DNA of 64,000 nt from Candidatus Poribacteria bacterium (GCA_965215265.1 OZ244048.1:640001-704000); one strand, 5' to 3'. Shown: positions 1-9,964, numbered from the stretch's first letter. Numbers and translations are program-made. The notes: generated by a model from the letters alone, not told the origin.

Positions 1-28
1 GCCGGAGCTCCCTATTTTTTTCTTTCAT
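1..28 (-). CDS. 5' end of a gene running off the window (MKEKNRELR...)
   Basis: ATG at 28 on the minus strand, preceded by GGAG and open to the window edge; co-oriented with the upstream operon. Confidence 0.4.
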
Positions 29-40
29 TGGCTTGCTCCA

Positions 41-116
41 CCCAGTGGGTGGCAGGTAAAAGGTTATCTTGTCTCTCCTTGCAGGAGAGACAAAGAATAC
101 CTATCCTGCCACTTTT
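41..116 (-). repeat. Dispersed imperfect palindrome, copy 1 (GTGGCAGG...CCTGCCAC hairpin element)
   Basis: Arms near-identical to 2226-2287 and 50570-50638; inner perfect stem TTGTCTCTCCT-tgc-AGGAGAGACAA. Confidence 0.9.
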
Positions 117-179
117 CCTATAAGCACACCTTACGCAGCTGATTCAGAGAATAAACGCAGCACGATTATGTCCTTGCTC

Positions 180-779
180 CTACCCCGAGATAAGCGCTTT
201 CCGCAACTTGTGTGTAGATTCAGCAAGCGATTCTTGTAAATACGGATACGGAAAACCACCCCAACGGTTGGGCGGCGGTTCTGCTGCACGCGCAATTTTC
301 AGATGCACGAAAATCGGACCGGACTCAGACAGCAGACGCGGCAGCGCCGCATCAAGTGTACCGGCAGCGTCAAATGTATAAACCCGCTCGAAACCTACAC
401 CCTTCGCAATCGCTGGCCAACTAAAACCACTGTTATCCGGCACAGGTTGATTGCCCGTAACCTCATAACTACCGTTATCACACACAAACAACACGTAGTT
501 TGACGGCGGGGTGCGCAACCCAGTAATCGTTGCAAGCGTCCCTAAACACATCAACATGCTACCGTCACCGTTCAGCACCAGCACCTTTTTCTCCGGTCTC
601 GCAAGCGCGATGCCGAGTGCAAAATCCGCAGCATGCCCCATCGCACTACCAACGGAGGCATAATCCAGCGGATGGTTCGAGAGCTTCGCCCACGGTACAG
701 TACACCCCATCGTCGTGACAACGACCTCATCGCGCCGATGCCTCGCAATACGTTCAAGGCACTCCTCTTTATTAATCAT
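180..779 (-). CDS. Thiamine diphosphate-binding decarboxylase subunit (sulfopyruvate/phosphonopyruvate decarboxylase beta-like)
   Basis: ThDP motif GDGS...DNGSY, SAMG, TGNQP; ~200 aa C-terminal domain only; start 779 or 791. Confidence 0.8.
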   Translation of the reverse strand: MINKEECLERIARHRRDEVVVTTMGCTVPWAKLSNHPLDYASVGSAMGHAADFALGIALARPEKKVLVLNGDGSMLMCLGTLATITGLRTPPSNYVLFVCDNGSYEVTGNQPVPDNSGFSWPAIAKGVGFERVYTFDAAGTLDAALPRLLSESGPIFVHLKIARAAEPPPNRWGGFPYPYLQESLAESTHKLRKALISG

Positions 780-793
780 AGTATTCTGCACTC

Positions 794-2197
794 CTACTCT
801 TCGCCTTCCGGCCGCAAAAAGTTAATCGTCGGAGGCGTCTTCATCGCCGTCGCCTGAGTCTGGACATACTGCGCGAATTCAATTTCTGTCTCAATGCCAT
901 CAATCCCGCCACCCCAAATCGCACAAGCACGATGATAGAAACGGCCCCCTGCATCCGCGAACAGCGTGACGTAATGGGACATCTCTGTCTCTATTGCTGC
1001 TTCCACTTGTTCCGGCGGAAACATGAGCGATACACCGAGTGAGGCTAACGCGGCGCTACTCTCCCGCCAACTCCAGATCCAACCTTGAGCTATTTCACGG
1101 TTCGAGCTGCTCTCTAAATTCGGAATCCCTGTGACAACCGCTGTCTGTGCAGGCAAGCTGCCTTTCACATAAAGGTGATGTTCAATCCACGGCGACTCCC
1201 CGTATATAAAAAATGTTGACGTTAACTGAAACCTTTCACCGTAGAGCGTCCACTCCGGAAAAATCCGTTGCACAATAGAACGGATCGCCCCATTCGCCAG
1301 AATCCGCACGTAGTCCCCTTCTTCCGGAAGCGGAATCGCCTCCGATTTTTCCTTATCCCACAACGCAACCCCACCGCACCCTATCCGACCGGCCATAGAT
1401 GTTAATGCCACCATTGTTGTCGGTTCCGAGCTAAGCAGCACGCCCAGGGATAAACCGATGGATTTAGAAATATTAAGCTGCCCCTCCGCTTTGCGCACAA
1501 AGTAACTCTCCTGATTCTGAAAATCTGTGATAACCCATTGCTGGAGCGGCCTCTCAGTCTCAAGCGAAACCTGCTCAGAGAGTATGATGTTGTGACTCTC
1601 AAAATGTTGACGGAACCCAGGCGAGAGCGGCATTTCGGCATCCAATTCACTCTCGAACAGCGAATCAACACTGAACAACTCCGCACGTTTTTTCCCATAG
1701 GCAGTAATGCCGCCGTCATGCCTGAGCAGATACGCTATCAGATTTGATTCCATTGCCGCCACAGCATTCAGCTCAGGAAAAATACCCGCCCGTGTCTGCT
1801 TCTTGATATCCAGCGTTAATTCTGCTTTCACCGTTGGATCATAGAGAATAGAGACCTCTTTCGTCTCATCCTCTGCTAAATCCACCAAAAAAGTCAGCTG
1901 ATCGCGCTGCCCATCATAATCTATATCATCCGCTTGTGCCGGCAGCAGTACCTCACGCGGCGCTTTTCCTATAACAACCGAATAGGCGTTAAAAGAAAAA
2001 TCCGGGTTAACCTTCCGAAGCTGCTCACCGGTCAAAACAATCGGTACCTGCTTGCGTTCAATCGGCAGCGTATTCTGGATACTAAGCCGAATCTTGCTAA
2101 TCTTCTGGTTGCCACCCGGCACCGTACAACCACCAAGCATTAACAAAAAACTGAAACTCGCGCAGAATAAGGCAACGTTCTGTTGTCTCTTTATCAC
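794..2197 (-). CDS. Lipoprotein, DUF4861-like, with an inserted ~70-aa module
   Basis: Lipobox LGGC; QADDIDYDG..DQLTF, AMES..IAY, GCGG and ANGAIRS motifs. Confidence 0.65.
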   Translation of the reverse strand: MIKRQQNVALFCASFSFLLMLGGCTVPGGNQKISKIRLSIQNTLPIERKQVPIVLTGEQLRKVNPDFSFNAYSVVIGKAPREVLLPAQADDIDYDGQRDQLTFLVDLAEDETKEVSILYDPTVKAELTLDIKKQTRAGIFPELNAVAAMESNLIAYLLRHDGGITAYGKKRAELFSVDSLFESELDAEMPLSPGFRQHFESHNIILSEQVSLETERPLQQWVITDFQNQESYFVRKAEGQLNISKSIGLSLGVLLSSEPTTMVALTSMAGRIGCGGVALWDKEKSEAIPLPEEGDYVRILANGAIRSIVQRIFPEWTLYGERFQLTSTFFIYGESPWIEHHLYVKGSLPAQTAVVTGIPNLESSSNREIAQGWIWSWRESSAALASLGVSLMFPPEQVEAAIETEMSHYVTLFADAGGRFYHRACAIWGGGIDGIETEIEFAQYVQTQATAMKTPPTINFLRPEGEE

Positions 2198-2225
2198 TAA
2201 TTTTTCCTTTCCTCGAAGAAATCGT

Positions 2226-2287
2226 CCCAGTAGGTGGCAGGTAAAAGGTTATCTTGCCATGAGACAAAGAATACCTATCCTGCCACT
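2226..2287 (-). repeat. Dispersed imperfect palindrome, copy 2 (short loop)
   Basis: CCCAGTAGGTGGCAGGTAAAAGGTTATCTTG...GAGACAAAGAATACCTATCCTGCCACT matches copy 1. Confidence 0.9.
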
Positions 2288-2290
2288 CAT

Positions 2291-3427
2291 TTAAATTTCA
2301 GGCAGAACTTCAAGCAGATGCGCCATTTCTAACGCTGTGTTGTAAAAATGCGGCGACACGCGTACGCCACTTCCACGTGCCGCCGCAATGATTCTTTCCG
2401 CCTTAAGTAGCGCAATAATCTCATCCGGAGCATGCCGCGTGCTTTCAAAAAGAACAATGCCCGCTCTCTCGTCCTTCGTCTCCGGCGTAACCACCCGATA
2501 GCCTTTGGCGTGCAACCCCTGCATCAATTGGGCAGTGAGCGCAGAAACGCGCTCCTCAATCGTTCGGATACCCACATCTAGCAGCAACGCAAGTGCTGCC
2601 TGAAGAGCATATAATCCTACACTGTTGTACGAACCTTCCTCAAAACGCGTCGCGTCCGGTTTCTGCGTGAAGTCATAATTCAGAAAATCTCGTGGGTCCA
2701 CCACGCTTGCCCAACCTACATTCGTGTTGATAAGCTGTTCCTGTTTTTCCTGCGCACAATAGAAAATCGCCGCGCCCTCCGGTCCAAGCAGCCACTTATG
2801 CCCATCGGCCGCCAGAATATCAATCTGAGCCGCTTTTACATCTAACCCAATCACACCCAGGCTCTGGATGGCATCTACTACAAACCAGATATTTCGCTCC
2901 CGGCACAGCGCACCGAGTGCCTCAAGACTATTCCGAAACCCAGAAGCAAACTCAACATGGCTGATTGTAATTGCACGAGTCCGATCGGTTATCGCGGCCT
3001 CAATCTCCGTAATCTCAATCCGTCCATCCCGCTCTGGCACCATGCGTGTCTCAACACCATATCGCTCACGCAGACTCCACCACGGGTAGACATTCGCAGG
3101 GAATTCCACCGCCGTCGTAACGACATTATCACCCACACGCCAATCTATACCGTTCGCAGCGAGCAAGATGCCCTGTGAGGTGTTTTTCATGAACGCGATT
3201 TCACACGGAGCAGCGTTGATGAGCTTAGCAGCCTGCACCCGACACTCTTCAGCCTTCTCAGCCCAGACATCGGAGTTGACGGCACCGTTCACCGTCGCAT
3301 CTTCCACAAACCCTACCATTGCATCCCGCACACGCCGCGATAAAGGCGCAACACCAGCGTGGTTCAGGTAGATATACCTTTCTGTTACCGGAAATTCGGA
3401 ACGCCACCGCTGTTCCAAGCTCTTCAA
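2291..3427 (-). CDS. Class V PLP-dependent aminotransferase (cysteine desulfurase/isopenicillin epimerase-like)
   Basis: YLNHAG, DAIQSLG, GHKWLLGP (PLP Lys), RVSPHFYN. Confidence 0.9.
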   Translation of the reverse strand: MKSLEQRWRSEFPVTERYIYLNHAGVAPLSRRVRDAMVGFVEDATVNGAVNSDVWAEKAEECRVQAAKLINAAPCEIAFMKNTSQGILLAANGIDWRVGDNVVTTAVEFPANVYPWWSLRERYGVETRMVPERDGRIEITEIEAAITDRTRAITISHVEFASGFRNSLEALGALCRERNIWFVVDAIQSLGVIGLDVKAAQIDILAADGHKWLLGPEGAAIFYCAQEKQEQLINTNVGWASVVDPRDFLNYDFTQKPDATRFEEGSYNSVGLYALQAALALLLDVGIRTIEERVSALTAQLMQGLHAKGYRVVTPETKDERAGIVLFESTRHAPDEIIALLKAERIIAAARGSGVRVSPHFYNTALEMAHLLEVLPEI

Positions 3428-3433
3428 AACCGA

Positions 3434-4684
3434 TTACCTCAAGAATGTTTTTACTCTATAATCCTTAACCCGATGTGCATTCGCAAACGCGATGAACTCC
3501 CCAAACATACCAATCCCACACACCAGCAAACTACTATTTATCAAAATTATAATGAGATTCATTCCTATACTTAGCCACCACTGATGGCTCAGGTGTAACA
3601 GACCCAAGCTAGGGAAATTCCCTATCACAAGCAGCATCAACGCAACAGGGCCAAAATACCGGAGCGGCCGCCGGGCACATCGAAAAAGAAAGAATTGAGC
3701 GAGCCGACCCAATTCCATTGTATCTTCACGCGCACGTTCAAGCACACGCGATGTTACCCAACCCAGTCCTAACCAGCATAAGCCTAATCCGAAACAGCTA
3801 ATTACTCCCGGCATCAGCAAGCTACTGCTAAACAAAAGCACACTACCTAATACAAATTGCAATACACTGCTGATGACAGAATAGAACAACACGAAAGCTT
3901 TGGCTTCCTTAGCTCGTAAGCAACCTATCGGCTGTTTACCTTTTACTCCCTGAACGCCGACATCATCGCCCCGTTTCGTCGCGAAGGCATAGAGTATAGC
4001 TTTGAAAGCGAAAATATCTATCAGCACGCGCCACACTCTCCCGAGTCCATACTTACTTGTCCCGAAACGACGCCGGTGATGCGTAACAACGAGCTCTGTG
4101 ATGCGTGCCCCAACCACTGTACACATTGCAGGAATAAACCGGTGCATTTCCCCATAGAGCGGCACCGCCTTAATCGTCTCTGCGCGATACGCCTTGAGTG
4201 AGCACCCGTTATCGTGAATTGGAACACCTGTCACCTTTCCTATAATCCAGTTGGCAACAACCGACGGCACACGACGGCTCCAAAACTTATCCTGCCGCGC
4301 CTTCCGCCATCCACACACAACATCGTATCCCTCATCCATTTTCTCAAGCAAGTTGGGTATATCCACCGGATCGTTTTGCAAATCGCCATCCATACTAATA
4401 ATCCGCTGTCCCTTTGCAAATTCAAAACCTGCTGCCATTGCAGCTGTCTGACCGGCGTTCTTTTCAAATCGAATTACCTTGACCTTTTCACCCGCTATTT
4501 TATGAAGTGCGGAAAGTTCCGCAAAAGTCCCATCTTGACTACCGTCGTCTACAAACAGCACCTCGTAGGCAAAGTTGAGCGCATCGCAGACGGACCGAAT
4601 CTTTTCAAACAAGAGACGAACGTTCTCTGCCTCGTTGTAAACCGGCACCACAATGGAAAGGAGAGGGGTTTCGGCACCATTCAT
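3434..4684 (-). CDS. GT2 polyprenol-phosphate glycosyltransferase (ArnC/DPM1-like) with an enlarged membrane domain
   Basis: VVPVYNE, VDDGS, MDGDLQNDP, HRFIP, SKYG; start at ATG 4684 avoids overlap with the upstream gene. Confidence 0.85.
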   Translation of the reverse strand: MNGAETPLLSIVVPVYNEAENVRLLFEKIRSVCDALNFAYEVLFVDDGSQDGTFAELSALHKIAGEKVKVIRFEKNAGQTAAMAAGFEFAKGQRIISMDGDLQNDPVDIPNLLEKMDEGYDVVCGWRKARQDKFWSRRVPSVVANWIIGKVTGVPIHDNGCSLKAYRAETIKAVPLYGEMHRFIPAMCTVVGARITELVVTHHRRRFGTSKYGLGRVWRVLIDIFAFKAILYAFATKRGDDVGVQGVKGKQPIGCLRAKEAKAFVLFYSVISSVLQFVLGSVLLFSSSLLMPGVISCFGLGLCWLGLGWVTSRVLERAREDTMELGRLAQFFLFRCARRPLRYFGPVALMLLVIGNFPSLGLLHLSHQWWLSIGMNLIIILINSSLLVCGIGMFGEFIAFANAHRVKDYRVKTFLR

Positions 4685-4749
4685 AACGACTTCTGCCACT
4701 GTTCCTTCAATCTGATGGATAAAAAAGATCGCATCCTGATACGTTGAAT

Positions 4750-5487
4750 TTACGCTCGTGCTAATAGCATCCGGTGTGCCTCGGTGAGTGACTCGAACGT
4801 CCCCGCATCTATCCACTGACCCTGCACGAAACTGTATTCCAATTGGCTCCGTTGAAGATATACATTGTTCACAGCTGTAATTTCATACTCCCCACGTGCA
4901 GAGGGCTCTATCATGCGGATAATGTCAAACACAGCAGCATCGTAGAAATACACCCCCACCACCGCATAACGGCTTTTCGGGTGCTTCGGCTTCTCATCAA
5001 TCGCAACAATTTGACGATTCCCGTTCAAGGTAGCTACCCCGTAACGCTCCGGATCTGCAACCGATTTCAGCATCACACGGGCACCCTCCGGTTGTACAGC
5101 AAAATCGCAAACCGCCTGCTGAATTGACGTTTCAAAAATATTATCACCAAGGTAGACGACGAGACGTTGAACACGGGCAAACCCCTCGGCAAGCGCGAGG
5201 GCGTGCGCGATGCCTTTCGCTTCCTCCTGCACCCTGTACGTCAAATCGCACCCGAACGCAGCACCACTCCCCAGAACCTTTACAAAATCACCAACGTACT
5301 CCGGATTCGTCACGATGAGGATATCGGTAATCCCTGCCGAAGTTAGCTGCCTGAGACAATGGTAAACCATTGGTTCATTACCCACCGGCAGCAAGTGTTT
5401 ACTCGTCACTTGCGTCAGCGGTGCCAAACGCGTACCTAATCCACCTGCAAGGATTACACCTTTTAACCCTTCTCTCACTACAGGCAT
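4750..5487 (-). CDS. Sugar-1-phosphate nucleotidyltransferase (glucose-1-phosphate thymidylyltransferase, short form)
   Basis: GVILAGGLGTRL, SKHLLPV, LGDN, EKP, SARGEYEIT, WIDAGT. Confidence 0.88.
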   Translation of the reverse strand: MPVVREGLKGVILAGGLGTRLAPLTQVTSKHLLPVGNEPMVYHCLRQLTSAGITDILIVTNPEYVGDFVKVLGSGAAFGCDLTYRVQEEAKGIAHALALAEGFARVQRLVVYLGDNIFETSIQQAVCDFAVQPEGARVMLKSVADPERYGVATLNGNRQIVAIDEKPKHPKSRYAVVGVYFYDAAVFDIIRMIEPSARGEYEITAVNNVYLQRSQLEYSFVQGQWIDAGTFESLTEAHRMLLARA

Positions 5488-5489
5488 CG

Positions 5490-6392
5490 TTAACTCGATT
5501 CTCCACGTCCAGGGAACGTCAATTCGGCGATCCCGGACTTGTCAAGTTCACCCAGCCCCAATTCAATCATCTTGTCATACTGGGCCTTTGTAGCATGCGC
5601 CAGCGGAAGCGACAGCCCCGCAGCGTCCGCTAAAGCCAACGCAATCCCCGAATCCTTCGACGCATGCGCCGCTGAAAAATAACACTCGTGGTCCCGAAAC
5701 TGCATATCTTCACCATCTGTCTCTAAAACCCGAGAATTCGCACCGGTTTGCGCGAATACCGCCTGTAACATCTCCAAATCTAAACCGAGGGCTGCACCCA
5801 GACCCAAGCCCTCTGCAAGACCGGCTGTGTTGATATTCATCACCATATTGACGAGTGCCTTCACCTGGGCCGCCTGGCCCGCTGAACCGACATAACGGAG
5901 CGAAACACTCATTGAATCCAAAATCGGACGTGCCTGATCAAATGTCTCCTTCTTCCCACCGCACATCAGATAGAGTGTACCCTCACGCGCTTGTGTAATA
6001 CTGCTCGCCATGCACCCTTCAAGACTCCCAGCACCATGTTGCTCCGCGAGGTGTTCTACCTCCACGTGGACTTGTGGGCTAATCGTCGCACAATTAATAA
6101 AGAGTTTGCCTGCAGCACCCTTAAGCAGACTGTCGTCCGTATTTTCTGCGAACACGCATCGCATCGCAGCATCGTCTGTCACAACGGTAATGATGTAATC
6201 GGCATGTGCAGTGACTTCCGTCAGTTTGCTCGCCGCTACGGCATCAAGCTCCGATGCTAATTCCACCGCCCGCTCGCCGACGACATCGTAGACAACAGAA
6301 ACGGTGAATCCATCATCTTTTAAGTGCCGGGCTATGTTCGCGCCCATTCTCCCAACACCCACAACGCCTATTTTGTACGCACTGTTTGCCAT
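5490..6392 (-). CDS. NAD(P)-dependent oxidoreductase, 3-hydroxyisobutyrate dehydrogenase family
   Basis: GVGRMG Rossmann motif, catalytic K..xN (KALVN), KD motif; GGAGG SD. Confidence 0.88.
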   Translation of the reverse strand: MANSAYKIGVVGVGRMGANIARHLKDDGFTVSVVYDVVGERAVELASELDAVAASKLTEVTAHADYIITVVTDDAAMRCVFAENTDDSLLKGAAGKLFINCATISPQVHVEVEHLAEQHGAGSLEGCMASSITQAREGTLYLMCGGKKETFDQARPILDSMSVSLRYVGSAGQAAQVKALVNMVMNINTAGLAEGLGLGAALGLDLEMLQAVFAQTGANSRVLETDGEDMQFRDHECYFSAAHASKDSGIALALADAAGLSLPLAHATKAQYDKMIELGLGELDKSGIAELTFPGRGESS

Positions 6393-6656
6393 GTCTACCT
6401 CCTTTTTTGCTAAAACCTATACTCACAATCTATAAAAATAGTGTCAATATTTCTATTGTCACACATTTTTGCAAAATTGTCAAGCACTTTTCAACGCACC
6501 CGTGAACAAGCTCTTGAGTCCAGCATTTGTGTCAACGAGGCGGCCGTGGAACCTAATTCCCGGACTCTATACCCTAAAATCTCGCTCGAAACGAACTTTA
6601 GAATGGTAAGTAGAGTTTCGTTTTCCTACAAATACGGAAAATTAGAGAAAAAAAGA

Positions 6657-6684
6657 TTGACAATTTTTGTCAATTCCGTATAAT
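6657..6684 (+). promoter_or_regulatory. Sigma70-type promoter with an overlapping inverted repeat
   Basis: TTGACA-16-TATAAT; palindrome ATTGACAA-ttt-TTGTCAAT at 6656-6674. Confidence 0.7.
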
Positions 6685-6772
6685 TAAAACTCATAAATAG
6701 AACGTTAAATAACCCTATCTGCCGGTTTAAACAAGAAACCGGTAAATTTCCAGAGTCCTAAGGAGGATAACA

Positions 6773-8158
6773 ATGAACCGTTTCACAGTTGCGCAATACG
6801 CACATATACCTCTTTTCCTGGTAGTCGCTATGCTCACCGTAACCATACTCGGCTGCACACAAGGCGGAATTAGCATCATTCCCCTCGGGGCAAAACTTCA
6901 GAATGCCGACAACGCCTTTGACGAAGCCGAAGCTATGGACGTGCGGGACGAAGAGCCGGAAAAGATGGAAAAAAAGCAAGCGAATCGACAGAAACTCTAC
7001 GATAGAGCTATGGCACTCTACTTAGAAGTCATTGAACGCGACGCGAAAGGCAAATACGCCCAACGTGCACATTACCAAATCGCCGCCATCTATAAACGGC
7101 AATACGAATGGGATAAAGCCACCGAGCACTATCAAGCAATTGTCGAAATCGCACCCACCGGCTATTACGCCAGCGAAGCGAAAAAAGGAACCGCGAATAT
7201 TCGGAAGAATCGCGAAATCATCAAAACCAAACGGGCCGAATACCAGAATTATAAAGCCTTGTACGACCAGAACCCGACAGATGAAACTTTCAATATCGCC
7301 GCTGAGGCACTCCACGAAGTCGCACGTGCTTATGAAGGATTGGAAAACTCCACTGAAGCTATACGACACTACGAAAAACTCGTCGAAGAGTTTCCAACAC
7401 ACTCCAAAGCACCACAGGCACAATTCCAGATCGGCAACATCTATTTCTACTCCGTTTACGATTATACCGGCGGATGGCCCGCTTTTATTGCTGTCACCGA
7501 GAAATTCCCCGATTCTTACGAAGCATCACAGGCAGGAACACTCCTCAAGAAGACTGCCGATATATTAACCGAGATTAAGCAATACATGGATGAAATCGAT
7601 GCCAATCGGAATAAGAAAGCCGTTGAATACCAAAAAACTGGCAGAAAACTGACGGGCGCTGACCTCTGGGTGATGGGACAGGAAGATCTTGTCGTTCAGA
7701 ACTTCCAAGGCGTTGCCGCCAATTGGGAAAAACTCCGCAATTATCCACGCGCTGTTCAAGCCTATAGGATTTTGGCACGCGACTTGTCACATAAGAAATT
7801 CGCTGCAGCCGATGCACGATACCGAGCCGCAACGCTCTACCAGCAAAACGGGCAATACGAACGCGCAATTCAGGCCTATGAAGACCTCTTTGAAAACTCG
7901 CCCGAGTCTGTCTGGCGCAATGAAGCCGTTTATCAGCAGGCCGTCTGCTATCGCGCCATACGAGAATTCGGAGCCGCTTATGAAGGGTTCAAAGCCTATA
8001 TGAGCAGCACCAAGGGAGATCAACCCTACATTCGCGAAGCCGAACAGATTGTCCGACAGTACGAACTTGATCAAGACCAAGATGGCTACCAGTTCTACCA
8101 AGAACAGCAAGAAGGAACTTCCGACCAGGATGCAAACTCATATCCTGGCGGCAACTAA
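6773..8158 (+). CDS. TPR-repeat lipoprotein (BamD/YfiO/CpoB-like) with an acidic Ca-binding-type tail
   Basis: Lipobox ILGC; repeated TPR helices (FP.S..A..A.Y..G); C-terminal DQDQDG...EGTS..D..SYP; AGGAGG SD. Confidence 0.85.
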   Translation: MNRFTVAQYAHIPLFLVVAMLTVTILGCTQGGISIIPLGAKLQNADNAFDEAEAMDVRDEEPEKMEKKQANRQKLYDRAMALYLEVIERDAKGKYAQRAHYQIAAIYKRQYEWDKATEHYQAIVEIAPTGYYASEAKKGTANIRKNREIIKTKRAEYQNYKALYDQNPTDETFNIAAEALHEVARAYEGLENSTEAIRHYEKLVEEFPTHSKAPQAQFQIGNIYFYSVYDYTGGWPAFIAVTEKFPDSYEASQAGTLLKKTADILTEIKQYMDEIDANRNKKAVEYQKTGRKLTGADLWVMGQEDLVVQNFQGVAANWEKLRNYPRAVQAYRILARDLSHKKFAAADARYRAATLYQQNGQYERAIQAYEDLFENSPESVWRNEAVYQQAVCYRAIREFGAAYEGFKAYMSSTKGDQPYIREAEQIVRQYELDQDQDGYQFYQEQQEGTSDQDANSYPGGN

Positions 8159-8174
8159 GCTCAAATTAATAATC

Positions 8175-8204
8175 ATAAGACGGGAGCAACAGCTCCCGTC
8201 TTAT
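8175..8204 (+). terminator. Stem-loop after the TPR gene
   Basis: ATAAGACGGGAGC-aaca-GCTCCCGTCTTAT, 13-bp perfect stem, weak U tract. Confidence 0.65.
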
Positions 8205-8314
8205 CGTATATTCCGATATGAACCGAAATCGCAGGGCTTACAACCGGCTGATACATTCGTCTATTTCACCAAGAATGTTCATGAACCCTTTTGTGCGAAA
8301 GGAGCGAGATAATC

Positions 8315-9100
8315 ATGCAACCATTTAAAACAAGGAACCACGCCATTTCTCCTTATTCGATAATCCTTCCTACCGTCTTTGTCCTTTGCTTAACGATGTC
8401 GTTCAACATCGCTATCGCCGCAAATTTGCAAGATGGACTGGTCAACTACTGGCCGCTCGATGGCGATGCCACCGATAACATCCGCAAAAATGACGGAGAA
8501 GTCGTCGGAAATCCGGCCTGGGTCAATGCACGCGTTGGAAAAGGGGCACAGTTTGACGGCAGCTCACAGAAAATCCAAATCCCCGATTACAAATTCATCA
8601 CAACCACGACTACTTACGCCGCTTGGATTAACGGGTGGAAAGCCTCTGATTGGGCCGGCATCGTCGGATCGCGCACACCTACCGCCACAGAACTAATCTT
8701 CGGAGACAACAACCTGCTTCACTACGTTTGGAATAATAACGCCGCTGAAACCTGGAGATGGGACGGCGGGCCCGAAATCCCATAGAACGAATGGGCACTC
8801 GCCGCCATGACAATTGAACCCAAGCAAGCTACCTTATACATCTACACAGATGCCGATGGACTGGAGAACGGAATCAACGACATTCCGCACGTGGAACAAG
8901 AAATTGGCCCTCTCAATATTGCATGGGTAGACTGTTGCGGCGGAAACCGCTTTTTCAAGGGCATTATTGACGAAGTGATGATATTCGACCGCGCACTCTC
9001 TGAAGACGAGATTCTACAACTCGCAACGCAGGGGCTCCCCGTTGAACCCACACATAAACTCACAACCACATGGGCGCAAATTAAACGCACAGGTTTTTAG
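8315..9100 (+). pseudogene. LamG-like jelly-roll secreted protein interrupted by one in-frame TAG (8783-8785); carries the C-terminal tail motif
   Basis: ORFs 8291-8785 and 8807-9100 are in the same frame; joined they read ..PEIP*NEWALAAM.. and give a full LamG protein (YWPLDG, FDG, GIIDEV) ending PVEPTHKLTTTWAQIK. Confidence 0.85.
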
Positions 9101-9142
9101 CAATGAATAACTGTGCAGCTCTTTTTCGTCCACTCTGGCGGT

Positions 9143-9964
9143 TCATAGAAATAATTTAACTCGTGAACACTCATACGCCGGCAAACGACTGAAAACTTTT
9201 TGACGGATAAGCTCGGGCGTGTAACGGCGCGAAAAATGATTTAGCACGATATGCTCGCTCTCAAATTCCTCTAACATCGGAAGTAACATATCCAGATGCA
9301 AGTGCATCGTCTTTTTCGCACGCACACGATGCTCCGGCAGCACAAACGTACACTCACAAATCAGCACCTTGCACTTCCTAAACAACGGATGCGCATTAAT
9401 CGGAATGCCACGTGTATCTCCAAGGTAAGCCACTAACGGTAATTGAACCTCTGACGTAACTTCAACACCGCTCCGCCGCAGACCGGCAATTTCATGCCCC
9501 GGCAATTCATGGAATTCTGGCTTTAACTTCTTCCGAATTTCACAAATAAGATAAGACACAGATGGTACGCTGTGGTTGCCCGGCAATATGTGCGCAACCA
9601 AATTCCGACGAAACGGCATTGAGGCACCTGTATCAACCGGCGTGATATTATACCCCCAACGTCGACCTCGATCCAACGCCGAAATCCTATCCAGAATCTG
9701 TGTCAACTGTTTAAAACCCGCCGAAGGCACATAGATATTCCCCGGCGGCATGCCGGCAAGCCAACGTTGGCTAATATAGATAGGTAACCCAAAGTAGTGG
9801 TCCAAGTGAAAATGGGAAATAAAAACGTTGCCGATACCGATAAAATTCATCGGACATCTGCCTAAATCAAAAACCAGATCCAGCTCTTTCACCCGAATAT
9901 AGGTAGCTACAGCAGAACTCGATTTCCCCTCCAGCGTTAAATTTCCACAGTGCAACAGTGCCAT
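9143..9964 (-). CDS. MBL-fold hydrolase, TM-type tRNase Z-like
   Basis: SHFHLDH, KLKPEF arm, GDT, ECTF, HLH, HFSRRY motifs. Confidence 0.8.
   Translation of the reverse strand: MALLHCGNLTLEGKSSSAVATYIRVKELDLVFDLGRCPMNFIGIGNVFISHFHLDHYFGLPIYISQRWLAGMPPGNIYVPSAGFKQLTQILDRISALDRGRRWGYNITPVDTGASMPFRRNLVAHILPGNHSVPSVSYLICEIRKKLKPEFHELPGHEIAGLRRSGVEVTSEVQLPLVAYLGDTRGIPINAHPLFRKCKVLICECTFVLPEHRVRAKKTMHLHLDMLLPMLEEFESEHIVLNHFSRRYTPELIRQKVFSRLPAYECSRVKLFL

Noticed and set aside
8783-8785. Genome-wide TAG reassignment or pyrrolysine
   Set aside because: TAG terminates many intact genes here and no pyl genes are seen.
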